IMG/VR virus record: IMGVR_UViG_3300031964_000019
Coordinates: 3,140-67,139 of that record
Origin: a virus
Strand: one strand, 5' to 3'
DNA: 64,000 nucleotides
Both the position numbers and the translations under genes were made by a program. Positions within the stretch are counted from its first letter, which is position 1, and each line of letters starts with the position of its first letter. The notes beneath the pieces were generated by a model, which was not told where the DNA came from, made no database searches, and worked only from the letters and a program-made list of their open reading frames with translations. Of the stretch, positions 9,689-19,434 are shown piece by piece.

Positions 9689-10761
9689 TGGGAAGTATCG
9701 TCCGCGATCGCAACGGCTGGCGTGCGCAACTGCACGTCAACGGAGTTCGGGAATCGAAGGCATTCCGCACCCGAGTCGGGGCCAAGGCATGGGCCGATCG
9801 ACGCGAGGACGAACTCAAAGCCGGTCCCGCTGGGGTGACTTTCGAGCAGATGACCGAGGAGTGGTTGAAGCTCCATCTGCCGACCCTCGACAACGCCGCC
9901 AACCAGCGTACCGTCGAGCAGAGTCTCCGCGATCACGTCCTGCCGGACATCGGCCAGAAGAAACTGTCGGAGATCGTGCGCACCGACTTGGTGGCCGTCG
10001 TCAAGAAATTGGCCAATACCGGGAAGATCGAGACCGCGCAGCGTATCGGCCAGCGGATCTGCAAGATATTCGACCTGGCCGTGGATAGCGGGATCCTCGA
10101 GAAGGGCCATCCGGCCGCCGACCTCGCGCGGGTGCTCCCAAAGGGCCAGCGCAAACGCCATATGCCGGCCGTGGGCCAGGGCGACCTGCCAGCGTTGCTC
10201 TATGCCATCGATAGCTACTCGGAGCCCACCACGCGCGCCGGGCTGTGGCTGCTGGCGCGCACGTTCACGCGTACGGCCGAACTGATCGGGGCCACGTGGG
10301 ATGAGATTCGCGACCCCGAGACCTGGGTGATTCCTGGCCCCCGCGTCAAACGGCGCCTGCCACACGTCGTGCCGCTGTCCAGGCAGGCACTGGCGATCCT
10401 GGAAGACCTGAAGGCCGCGCACCCTGACAGTCGCTACTTCCTGCCCTCGGAAGTGAACCCGATGTGCGGGCTGTCCAATAACACGCTTCTCTCCGCCCTC
10501 TACCGTCTGGGGTACAAGGGGAGGATGAGCGGCCATGGGTTCAGGTCGGTGGCCTCGACGGCGCTGAACGAGTCGAAGCTCTGGCGTCCGGACGCCATCG
10601 AGCGCCAGCTTTCCCACGGCGAGACGGATCGAGTCCGCGAGGCCTACAACCAAGCTGAGTACCTGGATGAGCGCCGCCCTATGGTCCAGTGGTGGAGTGA
10701 CCACCTCGATAAGCTGCTGGCCGATCACTGCGCGTCCCTCGCGGCTAACACGGCCTCGTAA
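9688..10761 (+). CDS. int: Tyrosine integrase, P4/IntA-like
   Basis: Catalytic R (TRTAEL), HGFR, LSH and AYN; C-terminal YLDERRPMVQWWSDHLD. Confidence 0.95.
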   Translation: MGSIVRDRNGWRAQLHVNGVRESKAFRTRVGAKAWADRREDELKAGPAGVTFEQMTEEWLKLHLPTLDNAANQRTVEQSLRDHVLPDIGQKKLSEIVRTDLVAVVKKLANTGKIETAQRIGQRICKIFDLAVDSGILEKGHPAADLARVLPKGQRKRHMPAVGQGDLPALLYAIDSYSEPTTRAGLWLLARTFTRTAELIGATWDEIRDPETWVIPGPRVKRRLPHVVPLSRQALAILEDLKAAHPDSRYFLPSEVNPMCGLSNNTLLSALYRLGYKGRMSGHGFRSVASTALNESKLWRPDAIERQLSHGETDRVREAYNQAEYLDERRPMVQWWSDHLDKLLADHCASLAANTAS

Positions 10762-10934
10762 GGAATCAAGCCCGCCGAGTTCCGCGGTAGTTTGAGTTTG
10801 CGCGCCGTATTTGGCGAGATGTCGAGCATCTCTGCGGCCTGCTTCAATGTCACAGCGCTGGGCACAGGTCGGCGGGCCAAAAGCTCCTCCACGGTCGCGG
10901 CGACCACTTGGCGGACTTCGTTGGCGCTCAGCAT
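10725..10934 (-). CDS. Putative excisionase / recombination directionality factor
   Basis: 69 aa with HTH-like TLKQAAEMLDISPNTARKL, convergent with and overlapping the int 3' end. Confidence 0.65.
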   Translation of the reverse strand: MLSANEVRQVVAATVEELLARRPVPSAVTLKQAAEMLDISPNTARKLKLPRNSAGLIPYEAVLAARDAQ

Positions 10935-11639
10935 CCCATTTCCTCCGGAGCTTCGCCCAGCGGTGCCCGCATTACGGGATACACCGCTGGGGTCGGCCCT
11001 TTCTCGCTATGACGGGTCTCGGCACCGCAGGCAACTCCGGTGATCTGGCGCGTCCGCCTCGAGCCGGCTACAGAGATCGCTCCAGGCCTGCGGACCTTGC
11101 GATCGGTATGACTTTGCCAGGGGCAGCTACTCCCCCAAGAGACCCTATGGTATGGGTTCATTTCAAACATGGAGACCGTAGGCTCGCTCACGCCACGCTC
11201 CTCTCATCCACAGTCAGCGAGCGGATGAGCCGCTCCGCGTTCCTTCGATCGACCAACTCACGCAGCGCCTCGATCATGTCGCGCTCATCCTGTGGGCCGA
11301 CTGCGTAGTGCTCGTTCGTGATGATGTCAGCGAGCTCGGCCAAGCGAGCGTTGGTGAGCGGCGGCGGTTTTGATGCCTTCCCTTTCATGCGAGTCGTTCC
11401 ACGAATCGCACGTCCGCCCGCACGTATCGACTCGAGATGCTTTCAGCGGTCAATCCCAGATCCGCGACCCTCCGCAACGCCACCGTCTTGCGGGTCACCT
11501 CATCGACCTCGACGCAGCAGCAGGCGACGCCTTGCGGGAGCACGACGAACCAGGTGTCACCGGCGTGTAAGCGCGGTTTCTTGACTCCAGCTGAGCGCGG
11601 CGTGGGCACTTCCGCGAGACGGGTCGCGAGTTGGTTCAC
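10928..11639 (-). other. Three small hypothetical early genes (10928-11191, 11188-11388, 11385-11639)
   Basis: Coupled minus-strand ORFs. Confidence 0.55.
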
Positions 11640-13405
11640 GCCATCTCCCCCTCACACTGCGCCAACGCTTCCAGGTCCATGTCGCGTAACCACTCCACCA
11701 TGGTGTCCCAGTCGACCGACAGCGCGTGCGCGAAAAGCTTCACCAGCGCGACATCGCTCGGGCGCACGGGCTTACGGTGCTGCACGATCACAGTCACGAT
11801 GCTCGAAGGCCGCGCATCCTCTGTCGCTGCGGACTCAGCGGGGCTGTCGGTCGCCTCGCTCGAATGACTTGCCGGCGCCACCATCTCGCGCGACACCAAA
11901 GCCGCTTCCCGCGCTGCAATCTCACGCTCGCGCGCTTCCTGCTGACGCGCGAGTTCCGCAGACTCGTCTGCCAATCGCTGGGATTCGGCTTCCTGCTGCC
12001 TGCGCTGCTCGGCCAACTCCTGCTCACTGGCCAACCGCTTCGCGAGCGCGATTTGCCGCTGACGTAGTGTCGTTAGCGTGTTGGTCTGCGCGGTCTCGGC
12101 AGCCTCCACCAGGTCGCCGAAGCGCTCTTCGGTGATGACCTCGCCCTGGGTGACGCTGATGGCGAGATCGTACGCCTCCAGGCTGTCTCCCTCGGCGGCG
12201 GTGTGTACGCGGTCCTGGATGGCGCGAATGGCGTCCATGGCTCGTTCGCGAGCTTCGGCCTTGGCTTTCGCATTGGCTTCGGCGGCGAATTTCCTGGTCA
12301 GGATCTCGCGGCGTTCCAGCAGCAACGCACGAGCATCATTGAGTGCGTCGGCGATGGGTACCGAGTGCAATCCGAACAGCGCGTCGTCGATTACCCATGC
12401 CGCCGCAACGCGGATAGCCTCGTCGTACTTCTCTAAGGTGCCGTGCCGATCAGCGGTCACTGGGATCTGTTGAATCGTGCGAATTTCGTCATCGGCTTGT
12501 TCGCGTAGCTGACGCGCTTCCTCGGCCTGGCGGTTTTCTTCGGCAATGCGCGCGCGCTCCTTCGCGGCAGCGGCGTCTTGCTCGGCCTTCTCCCGGGCGA
12601 GGCGCTCTCTGACTTCCTCCAGCCTCTTCTGTTCAGCCTCAAGGGTGAGAGTGGCGGCGTGCAGCCCTTTCAAACGCCCGAGAGTCGCTGCCTTTGCAGC
12701 CTCGGCACGCTGCTGGAACTCGGCGAAGGTCTGGTCGACGACGACAGACTCGATATCGCCGATGGCGACTGCGATATCCGCAGCCGATTTGCCTGCCACG
12801 AGCGCGACTGCCTCGCGCATGTCGTTGATGCGCTCCTCGATCACGGCTTTGCGCTTCTCCTCGGCTTCTTCCTTCGCCTTTTTCTCGGCCGCCTTCCGAT
12901 TGTTCTCGTTCACGATCTGTTCGTGAATCGGAGCCTCTATCGCGGTAATGCGCGCGATGTAGCTCTCGGCCTGCTGGTCAACCTCATTCTTCAGGTTGTT
13001 GAGCGTTCCCTTCGCTTCCTTGGCCAGATTCTGGATCGCGTACCGAGGCTCGCGGATCACCTCGCGCGCCTTGCACGCCTCCTTCATGCCCACCGTCGTC
13101 TCGACGGGGAAGACGATACCGACGTACTGCCGCTCAAGCTCTGCAACGCCTGCCGAGAATGCCTGGATAGCGCTGACGTGCTGAGTGACCAGCGCGAGCG
13201 CCGTCGTCGTTTGCGACTCGATCGCGAGAATGACTTCGGGCTCGGCAGCGCTCGCAGGCGCCTCGGCTGGGGCGACCTCCCTTGGCGGATCGGGCGTGAG
13301 CGGAGCATCCGACTGAGGTTCGGGAGCGGAGGCGGCCTCGTTCAGTTCCGCTTGCTGCGGCTCGTGTGCGGGTGCTCGGCGCCGTGATTTCGGTGACGCG
13401 TTCAT
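11636..13405 (-). CDS. 589-aa coiled-coil protein (DUF1351-like N-terminal part) with three internal helical repeats
   Basis: A/E/K/R-rich, located just after the recombination genes. Confidence 0.65.
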   Translation of the reverse strand: MNASPKSRRRAPAHEPQQAELNEAASAPEPQSDAPLTPDPPREVAPAEAPASAAEPEVILAIESQTTTALALVTQHVSAIQAFSAGVAELERQYVGIVFPVETTVGMKEACKAREVIREPRYAIQNLAKEAKGTLNNLKNEVDQQAESYIARITAIEAPIHEQIVNENNRKAAEKKAKEEAEEKRKAVIEERINDMREAVALVAGKSAADIAVAIGDIESVVVDQTFAEFQQRAEAAKAATLGRLKGLHAATLTLEAEQKRLEEVRERLAREKAEQDAAAAKERARIAEENRQAEEARQLREQADDEIRTIQQIPVTADRHGTLEKYDEAIRVAAAWVIDDALFGLHSVPIADALNDARALLLERREILTRKFAAEANAKAKAEARERAMDAIRAIQDRVHTAAEGDSLEAYDLAISVTQGEVITEERFGDLVEAAETAQTNTLTTLRQRQIALAKRLASEQELAEQRRQQEAESQRLADESAELARQQEAREREIAAREAALVSREMVAPASHSSEATDSPAESAATEDARPSSIVTVIVQHRKPVRPSDVALVKLFAHALSVDWDTMVEWLRDMDLEALAQCEGEMA

Positions 13406-13408
13406 GGG

Positions 13409-14071
13409 TTACTCCTGCGCCCGCTGTTCAAGGGCCTCGCGATGCTCATTCGCCGCCGCATCGACATCCAACGGCACGTCCGCATTGGCAGCGGCATACA
13501 AGCCCCACACCGACTTGCGCGCCTTCGCGAGAGCGTCGAGCGTCTGCGCGGCACGAATCGTTTCGATGGACTGCGCCGACGGAGGGAGCGTTTTGCCGCC
13601 GCCGGCAGCACCGTTGGCCGCCGGCGCAACTCCATTGGCCGAGCCGGCAGCGGGGGGCGCGGCGCGGGTGGAATGCATGGTCATCGCAAACGGTCGCTTG
13701 CGCGGCAGCGAGATCGTGATCTCTTTGTCGGCTTCGATCTCGGGCGAACCATAGATGCGGATTGCATCCTCGCCGTTCCAGACGGTCGGGAAGAGCGTGA
13801 CGCGTTTGCCGACCCACTCCTGCACCTTCTTGCCGAACATCTCTTTCAGACAGATGCCGTTGGTCTTATTTAACGCCAATTGCTTCTCGGTCTTGTCGAA
13901 CGAGATGATGCCCTTGATCTGCGCGCCCTTGTCGCCGATCAACTCCTCGAGCCGGATACCGGATATCTTGAGTGTGACCTGCTTGCCCTTGAAGTCCGAA
14001 GCTTTAAGGAAGCGTCCCGGATAAAGTTCATCCCAATCGACCGGGGTCGGAAATATTTTTTCTTGTGCCAC
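13409..14071 (-). CDS. Recombination-associated ssDNA-binding/annealing-like protein
   Basis: Directly follows the exonuclease; YPGRFLKASDF...LALNKTN...WVGKRVTLF is a motif I recognise from exonuclease-adjacent phage genes. Function is inferred from position. Confidence 0.55.
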   Translation of the reverse strand: MAQEKIFPTPVDWDELYPGRFLKASDFKGKQVTLKISGIRLEELIGDKGAQIKGIISFDKTEKQLALNKTNGICLKEMFGKKVQEWVGKRVTLFPTVWNGEDAIRIYGSPEIEADKEITISLPRKRPFAMTMHSTRAAPPAAGSANGVAPAANGAAGGGKTLPPSAQSIETIRAAQTLDALAKARKSVWGLYAAANADVPLDVDAAANEHREALEQRAQE

Positions 14072-14072
14072 G

Positions 14073-14939
14073 TTATTGCTCCAGGCCAAGCTCGGCCAGG
14101 TCATCGTTTGAGGGGTAGGCCCAGGTCGGGAAGGTCAGCTGCTCCTGCATCGGAACCGGACCGGGCCACGTGTTAGTCTTTTCGCAGCGGTCGAGGAGCA
14201 CCAACAGCTTGTCGTACTCATCGCGGCCCTGGTCGATAATCTCGGTAGGGATCTCGAACGGCGCGACTGCGTGCGGCGGCTTGGATTCGACCACGATCTC
14301 GATCATTTTGGGCTCGACGCCCGTGATGATTTTGTAACCGTCGAGATACCACGCCCACTGCAGGTGGTATCCGAATCTCGCGGCGGCGTTACCGAAAATC
14401 ATGGGACGACAGTCGACTGAGGTTTTCAGTCCAACGAGATACGGCACGCCATCGATATGCGTGATCCAGTCCGCGCGCCCGCGACACGGACGACCGTTCA
14501 GCTGCCACGTCATGACCACTTCGGGATCGCCGGTCGTGAGGTAGCGCGCGGCGTCCGGGGCAGCGTGCACCGCGTCCTGCATGGACATCGCGAAGTTGTA
14601 GTCGTCCTCGGTGATGATCTCGAAGCCGGCGTGCTCCGCCGCGAATGCATCCCACCACTGGCCGTTGCGGGGCGCCATTTCGCCGGCTTTGGTGAGGCGA
14701 CGCCATATCGCGAAGTCGGCGCCGAACCGCTCGGGCTCCAACACGGCGCAGTGAGCGGCACGGCCGAGCGTCAGGGGCGCCGATTCTTTGGGCGTGCCGA
14801 GCCGGTATTTGTAGTGCTGCGGTGAGCGACCCAACTCCTTCAGACGCGTGATGGAGGTGCCGGGCATGGCGAAATACTCTTCGGCCGGCATGCGCGAGAT
14901 GATTTCGCCGCGCACGAGGGTGTTGAGTTGGGCGTTCAT
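14073..14939 (-). CDS. RecE/exonuclease VIII-like PD-(D/E)XK nuclease (DUF3799-like)
   Basis: GRAAHCAVLEP, CRGRADW, GLKTS, YHLQWAWYLDG, VESKPPH. Confidence 0.85.
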   Translation of the reverse strand: MNAQLNTLVRGEIISRMPAEEYFAMPGTSITRLKELGRSPQHYKYRLGTPKESAPLTLGRAAHCAVLEPERFGADFAIWRRLTKAGEMAPRNGQWWDAFAAEHAGFEIITEDDYNFAMSMQDAVHAAPDAARYLTTGDPEVVMTWQLNGRPCRGRADWITHIDGVPYLVGLKTSVDCRPMIFGNAAARFGYHLQWAWYLDGYKIITGVEPKMIEIVVESKPPHAVAPFEIPTEIIDQGRDEYDKLLVLLDRCEKTNTWPGPVPMQEQLTFPTWAYPSNDDLAELGLEQ

Positions 14940-17153
14940 GGAATGCTCCGCGTAGGCCGGTCAAGTCGATGTTCGTTGTTGGCCCGCTCGCACAGATGCG
15001 ATGGAGGTGGCAGAACGCCTCGACGCCGGCGGTTGCGTGCGCGCCGGAAAAAGCGAGGCCAGCGCAGGTCGTCCAGAATGGCCAGCACGATCACGGCCAA
15101 CACGACAACGGCGATCCAGGTCAGATCAGTCGGAGTCAGATTCACGGCAATACCTCCTCTTGTACCTTGTGCCACCGCGCCAACTCTTGCGGTGAGGGCG
15201 GTCTCAGCCAGTAAGGCGGGTCACACTTGCAGCCGAGCATATGAAGGCAGCCTGGTTGGATGCGGCGCGCGAACTGATAGGCATCGACAATGCGCGGCTC
15301 GACGGGTGCTTTGGCCATGACGCTGCCTCACCCGACCAACAGGAGCGCTGCTGCGACGGTCAACAGGCTCCAGCCGATGCGCGTCCAGTTCCGGCCCGGG
15401 TCGCGAGGTTGACGAGGCGCGACCCCAGCGGCCCGGCTTTGCATCCAGCGCTCAAACACGAACTGCGCCCGGATGACCGGGGCGGCTTCCTCGCCGTCGA
15501 GTTCGGCCAGGTCGCCTATCGCGTTGACGCGGTCCAGGTTGCAGTCGATCCAGGCGCGGAACGGGTCCCACTCGATGCGCAAATAGGCGCGCAGGCGCTC
15601 CATTTCGGGCGTGTGGTTGGTGACGATCACGGCTGCTTCTCCTGCTTGCCTTCGGCCAGTCCCAACTCGTGCGCGTCTATCATCTTCAGCAGCAACGTAT
15701 CGGAGAGCTGGTCCCCCATGGCGTGGACGCTGTCGGGAAGGCGCGGCAACTGCATGCGCCCCGCCAACTCGCACTCGTCGAGAATCTGCTGGCGACGGGC
15801 CGGGTTCATTTGTCCGCAGGCGTAGCGCACGTTAAAAGTTCTCGTTAGCGATAAGGGCCTGCGCAGCCGGGTCGACTCTGAGCGTCTCGTTGTTGCTCGC
15901 GTACCAGCGTTTCTGCCTGTCTCGCCTGCACGTCTTGCACACTCGGCCCGTGCCATTACGACGGAAATAGACGTTGCTGCCTGAAAATGGGTGGCCCTTC
16001 GAGCAATGTGTCGCTGCCGCCGCTTTAGCCGAGGGGGAGTTCCCGCGGAGATTGTTCTCATATGCAGTCACCGCCTCCAAGTGATCAGGATTGCAGCAGC
16101 CTCTCACACGACAAAGATGGTCTAAGACGAACCCGGAAGGAATCGGGCCTCTGAATGCTGCGTATGCAACTCGGTGGGCCAACTTCACTCGATAACGACC
16201 TTCGATCTTTACCGTAATGACGCCGTAGCCATTCTGATTCTTGCGGTTTGTCCATATCCAACACCCGTTGGTGTCGACATAGACGGAAATTGGAAATCTG
16301 TCTCGGATCGGCATGGGAATTCTTCTAGGCACGAGTGTTCTCCGATTCACCGGCGCTGACTAACTCAGGCACCGGTGATATCCCGCGCGCATCGTCAGGG
16401 GGTTGGTACGATGGCGCGGCCTGCGTGTCTGCGGGAAGGGAGGGAACCGCAGATGAGGGGAACTCAGATATGACCTGCAGGCCCAGCGGCTCGAAGCATT
16501 CGCGGATCTGCTGGGCTTCGTCAGGCAACAGGTCGAATTCGGTGCGGCCGATCCACAGGACCGACGTTCGCAGGTTGAGTTCGATTCTCTCTGATCGGTT
16601 CAACACCGTGTTGGCATGGAACGCGTGGGCCAGCGCGAAGCGGCGTGCCAGCGGATCCTCCGGATACACTGCAGCGGCTATGCTCAGTGCGGTCCACGAC
16701 ATCCACAGGCGGCGCGGAAAGTTGGGAGACGGGCCCACGGTCAGGACGGTGGTTGCGGGGATGACGTTCACAGCGCACTCCTCGCCGGCAGGCCCAGCTC
16801 GCCGCGCATCGCCGCGCAGTCAAACGCCAATGTGCCGTTCTCGCTGCGCAGGGTGGCGCACTCGAGGTGGAGGCCGTAGTTGATGCAAGGTGCGAGTTGG
16901 AAGCGCAGGTAGCGCACGCCGGTCGCGATGAGCTCATCGCAGCGGTCGCAGTCGTGTGGCTTGCGCGCCGTCACGATCTTGCTGGCGAGGTAGGCGCTCA
17001 CGCCGCCACCGCGCCGTTTAACTTATCGAGGCACGCGGTGCAGTGGTCGCAGCCGTCTTCGGGAGTGGCAGTGCCGCACTGGAGGCAGAGGATCTTGGTC
17101 TGCTGGGTGAGCAGGCCGGATTCGGCGATGAACTCTTCGTAGGTCTGGTACAC
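14936..17153 (-). other. PL-proximal small early genes, including a 51-aa Cys-rich first gene (16998-17153)
   Basis: Coupled ORFs. 16998-17153 has CLQC...CDHCTAC; 16768-17001 has CDRC...HLEC. Confidence 0.6.
15832..16332 (-). CDS. HNH homing endonuclease with C-terminal Zn-finger
   Basis: CWIW...AHRVAY...LDHLCRVRGCCNPDHLE; THCSKGHPF...CKTC. SD GGAG before GTG 16332. Confidence 0.9.
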   Translation of the reverse strand: MPRRIPMPIRDRFPISVYVDTNGCWIWTNRKNQNGYGVITVKIEGRYRVKLAHRVAYAAFRGPIPSGFVLDHLCRVRGCCNPDHLEAVTAYENNLRGNSPSAKAAAATHCSKGHPFSGSNVYFRRNGTGRVCKTCRRDRQKRWYASNNETLRVDPAAQALIANENF

Positions 17154-17179
17154 GCTTGTTCCCCCGTTCGATGGGAGGA

Positions 17180-17222
17180 ACTCTACGGTATTCCGATATC
17201 GTAGTCAACGGTATTCCGATAT
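17180..17222 (-). promoter_or_regulatory. PL promoter with two operators (OL)
   Basis: Minus strand TTGACT-17 nt-TAGAGT (17208 to 17180); direct repeat ACGGTATTCCGATAT at 17185 and 17208. Confidence 0.85.
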
Positions 17223-17246
17223 ATGAGGCCAAAAATATCTGGGTGA

Positions 17247-17594
17247 CTATTGGGAGGCGATCACCCGGCCGTCGATAGAGATCTCTATACGGCCGCCCAG
17301 GTCGTGGAACTCGTACTCGTACCGGTTGTGGTCACAAACGAAGACGAGTGAGTTATGGAAGGGAAGCATGCGGACGCTGCTGATGCTCTTGCAGGAATAT
17401 CCGGCAGATTGAATGATCTGTGCGGCGATTCGTGCGATGTTGATAACCGCCTCTCGCTTGTAAAGTGACGCGTCTGGAAAAGTTGCGCCCGGCTCGAATA
17501 AAGGGTCCTCGTTGGCGCTGGCAGTCGATGCAATCCCCGCGAGAAGGGCCGAGCAGCACACAATCGCTAGCCGCTCCATTTTCAAGTCGATCAC
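17247..17594 (-). CDS. Secreted hypothetical protein co-transcribed with cI
   Basis: Signal-like LAIVCCSALLAGIASTASA; GTG start overlaps the cI stop (GTGA). Confidence 0.65.
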   Translation of the reverse strand: MIDLKMERLAIVCCSALLAGIASTASANEDPLFEPGATFPDASLYKREAVINIARIAAQIIQSAGYSCKSISSVRMLPFHNSLVFVCDHNRYEYEFHDLGGRIEISIDGRVIASQ

Positions 17595-18004
17595 CCGCTG
17601 CCTTTGTTGCGGCGTGAATTGATGATGTCTTGGAGCGCTTCCTGCAGCCTGCTTTCGGCGTAGTGCAACTCCACCTTGCTGAGCCGCGTTAGCTGAGCCT
17701 TGCCGATGTTCTCAAACGGCCACCAAGGCGGCAATTCGCCGCTCGTGCGGCTGGCGGGAGGCCCGTTAGGTTCCGGGTCGCCCTCGTCGGTCTCCAGGTA
17801 ATGCGGGTCTACGCGAAGTGCCGCAGCGAGACGATTCAGCTTTGTGGAGGATATCTGCTTCTGATTTTCCAGCCCGGAAAGGGTCGACTGGCCGATACCA
17901 GCGCTCTTGGCGAGCTCCGGCTGGGTAAGTCCGCGATAGGCGCGCCACCACTGAACCCGTGGGCCAATCGCGTCGAAAGTAGGGAGGCCGAGTGGACGTG
18001 GCAT
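17591..18004 (-). CDS. cI: CI-like repressor (XRE HTH, no S24 peptidase domain)
   Basis: RAYRGLTQPELAKSAGIGQSTLSGLEN; divergent from cro across the operators; start placed at MPRPLG. Confidence 0.85.
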   Translation of the reverse strand: MPRPLGLPTFDAIGPRVQWWRAYRGLTQPELAKSAGIGQSTLSGLENQKQISSTKLNRLAAALRVDPHYLETDEGDPEPNGPPASRTSGELPPWWPFENIGKAQLTRLSKVELHYAESRLQEALQDIINSRRNKGSG

Positions 18005-18018
18005 ACGGCGGGAAGTAT

Positions 18019-18073
18019 TACGGAGTTCCGTAGCGGAATGCCGATTGCACAATATATCGGTATTCCGTATGCT
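18019..18073 (+). promoter_or_regulatory. OR operators and PR promoter
   Basis: CGG-N4-CCG sites TACGGAGTTCCGTA (18019), GCGGAATGCCGA (18033), ATCGGTATTCCGTA (18056); TTGCAC-17 nt-TATGCT (18045-18073). Confidence 0.85.
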
Positions 18074-18080
18074 CGGTTCC

Positions 18081-18281
18081 ATGAGCAACTGGTCTTCACG
18101 CATTTCGGATCTGCGCCGAAAAGGGATGACGGTCGCCGAAATCGGCGACGCCATCGGACTTGCACAGTCTTCGGTTAGTGACATCGAGAGCGGGCGCTCG
18201 AAAGAGCCCCGCGGAGATGCAGCAGTCGCGTTGCATGAGTTACACAAATCCAAGGTGGATGAATCGCTCGGAGAGGGCTGA
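18081..18281 (+). CDS. cro: Cro-like repressor
   Basis: 66 aa, MTVAEIGDAIGLAQSSVSDIESGRSKEP HTH, immediately after PR. Confidence 0.85.
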   Translation: MSNWSSRISDLRRKGMTVAEIGDAIGLAQSSVSDIESGRSKEPRGDAAVALHELHKSKVDESLGEG

Positions 18282-18344
18282 GGCCCGGGTTCGTTCTTTT
18301 CAGTCATGTTCGCTGACGTTCCTATTTTTGCCTAGAAAAACGAT

Positions 18345-18788
18345 ATGCACCGAGACTCAACAAAGTTGCGGACCGTTGAGAGTGAGCAGCTTTCGCTCAT
18401 CCCCAACGACGCGATAGCGGGGCGCCCGGCAAGTCTCGATCGGATCTACACACTGTCGGACACTCACGAGGCGCTGATGTACGGATGCGAACTCGCGCGT
18501 CGGCCTGCGAAGCAGCTCTATGGCGAGATGGAGGTCGACAAGACGACGTGGTCGCGGATCGTGAACGGCGAGTGGGATCTCAGCGGACGCAACATCCTGA
18601 GATTCAGCCGGGCTGTCCGCAACGACGCGTACCTGCTCTATCTGAACCACGTGCACGGCTACGACCTTACGAGCCTGCAGAAGGTCCAGGACGACAACGA
18701 GCGACGGATCGCTGAGCTTGAGAAGGCGGTCGCGGAGCGAGATCGGACCATTCAACTGCTGGTTGGGTACCAGAAGGGAAAGGCCTGA
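18345..18788 (+). CDS. CII-like transcriptional regulator
   Basis: Follows cro; HTH-like KQLYGEMEVDKTTWSRI and a C-terminal coiled coil. Confidence 0.6.
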   Translation: MHRDSTKLRTVESEQLSLIPNDAIAGRPASLDRIYTLSDTHEALMYGCELARRPAKQLYGEMEVDKTTWSRIVNGEWDLSGRNILRFSRAVRNDAYLLYLNHVHGYDLTSLQKVQDDNERRIAELEKAVAERDRTIQLLVGYQKGKA

Positions 18789-19065
18789 AATGACTGGTCA
18801 GTTCCATTGCGCCCCCTCGCTTCCCGCTGTCAGGCGGGTCATCGACAGCGATGTTCTGCGACATCGTTTTCATCGGTTGTACGCCGTTAAGGCCAAGGTC
18901 GCAATGCAACGGAACGTAAAGAATTCTGAAGCAGACCCATTAGGAGCGCCAATCAACGTGAGTTAACGGAAATAAACCCCGGGTTGCCCCCAGGGACAAT
19001 TGACTTTTTAAGAATCAGGACCTGGCGAGCGGGGAGTCTGACAGCGTGCCGCACGCAATTGCATT

Positions 19066-19434
19066 GTGTTTGAAACAAGGTGGTGCGTGTTGAATCTTCA
19101 ACAGCGCATTCTCGACGTGTTGGATCAGCAAGTTGCGTGCCCCGCAGAGCTTGTCTACAGCCTGTTGAGCGGCGTGGGCTCGGAGGCGATCGACTGTGCG
19201 CTCGGTGGCTTGATTCGCGGGAAGAAGGTCATTCGGACCGAGCAGGGCTACTCGCTGCTGCGTCTGCACCCCACTATTTCACCGAGCGTCTTCGTGCACA
19301 TGGCGAGCAAACGCTCGGCTGCGGAGGCGCGAATCGTTCGACTCGAGAAGGAGCTCGCTGAGCAGCAGGCCGTCGTCGAGCAGTGCGACGACTTCGAGGT
19401 TCGGTATGCGGGGAAGAAGGAGGGGGGGGCTTGA
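19066..19434 (+). CDS. Hypothetical protein (winged-helix-like plus coiled coil)
   Basis: ORF coupled to the replication gene (TTGA overlap). Confidence 0.5.
   Translation: MFETRWCVLNLQQRILDVLDQQVACPAELVYSLLSGVGSEAIDCALGGLIRGKKVIRTEQGYSLLRLHPTISPSVFVHMASKRSAAEARIVRLEKELAEQQAVVEQCDDFEVRYAGKKEGGA

Noticed and set aside
17591-18307. 238-aa version of cI
   Set aside because: The extension runs antisense through cro and the operators; HTH similarity begins only after 18004.
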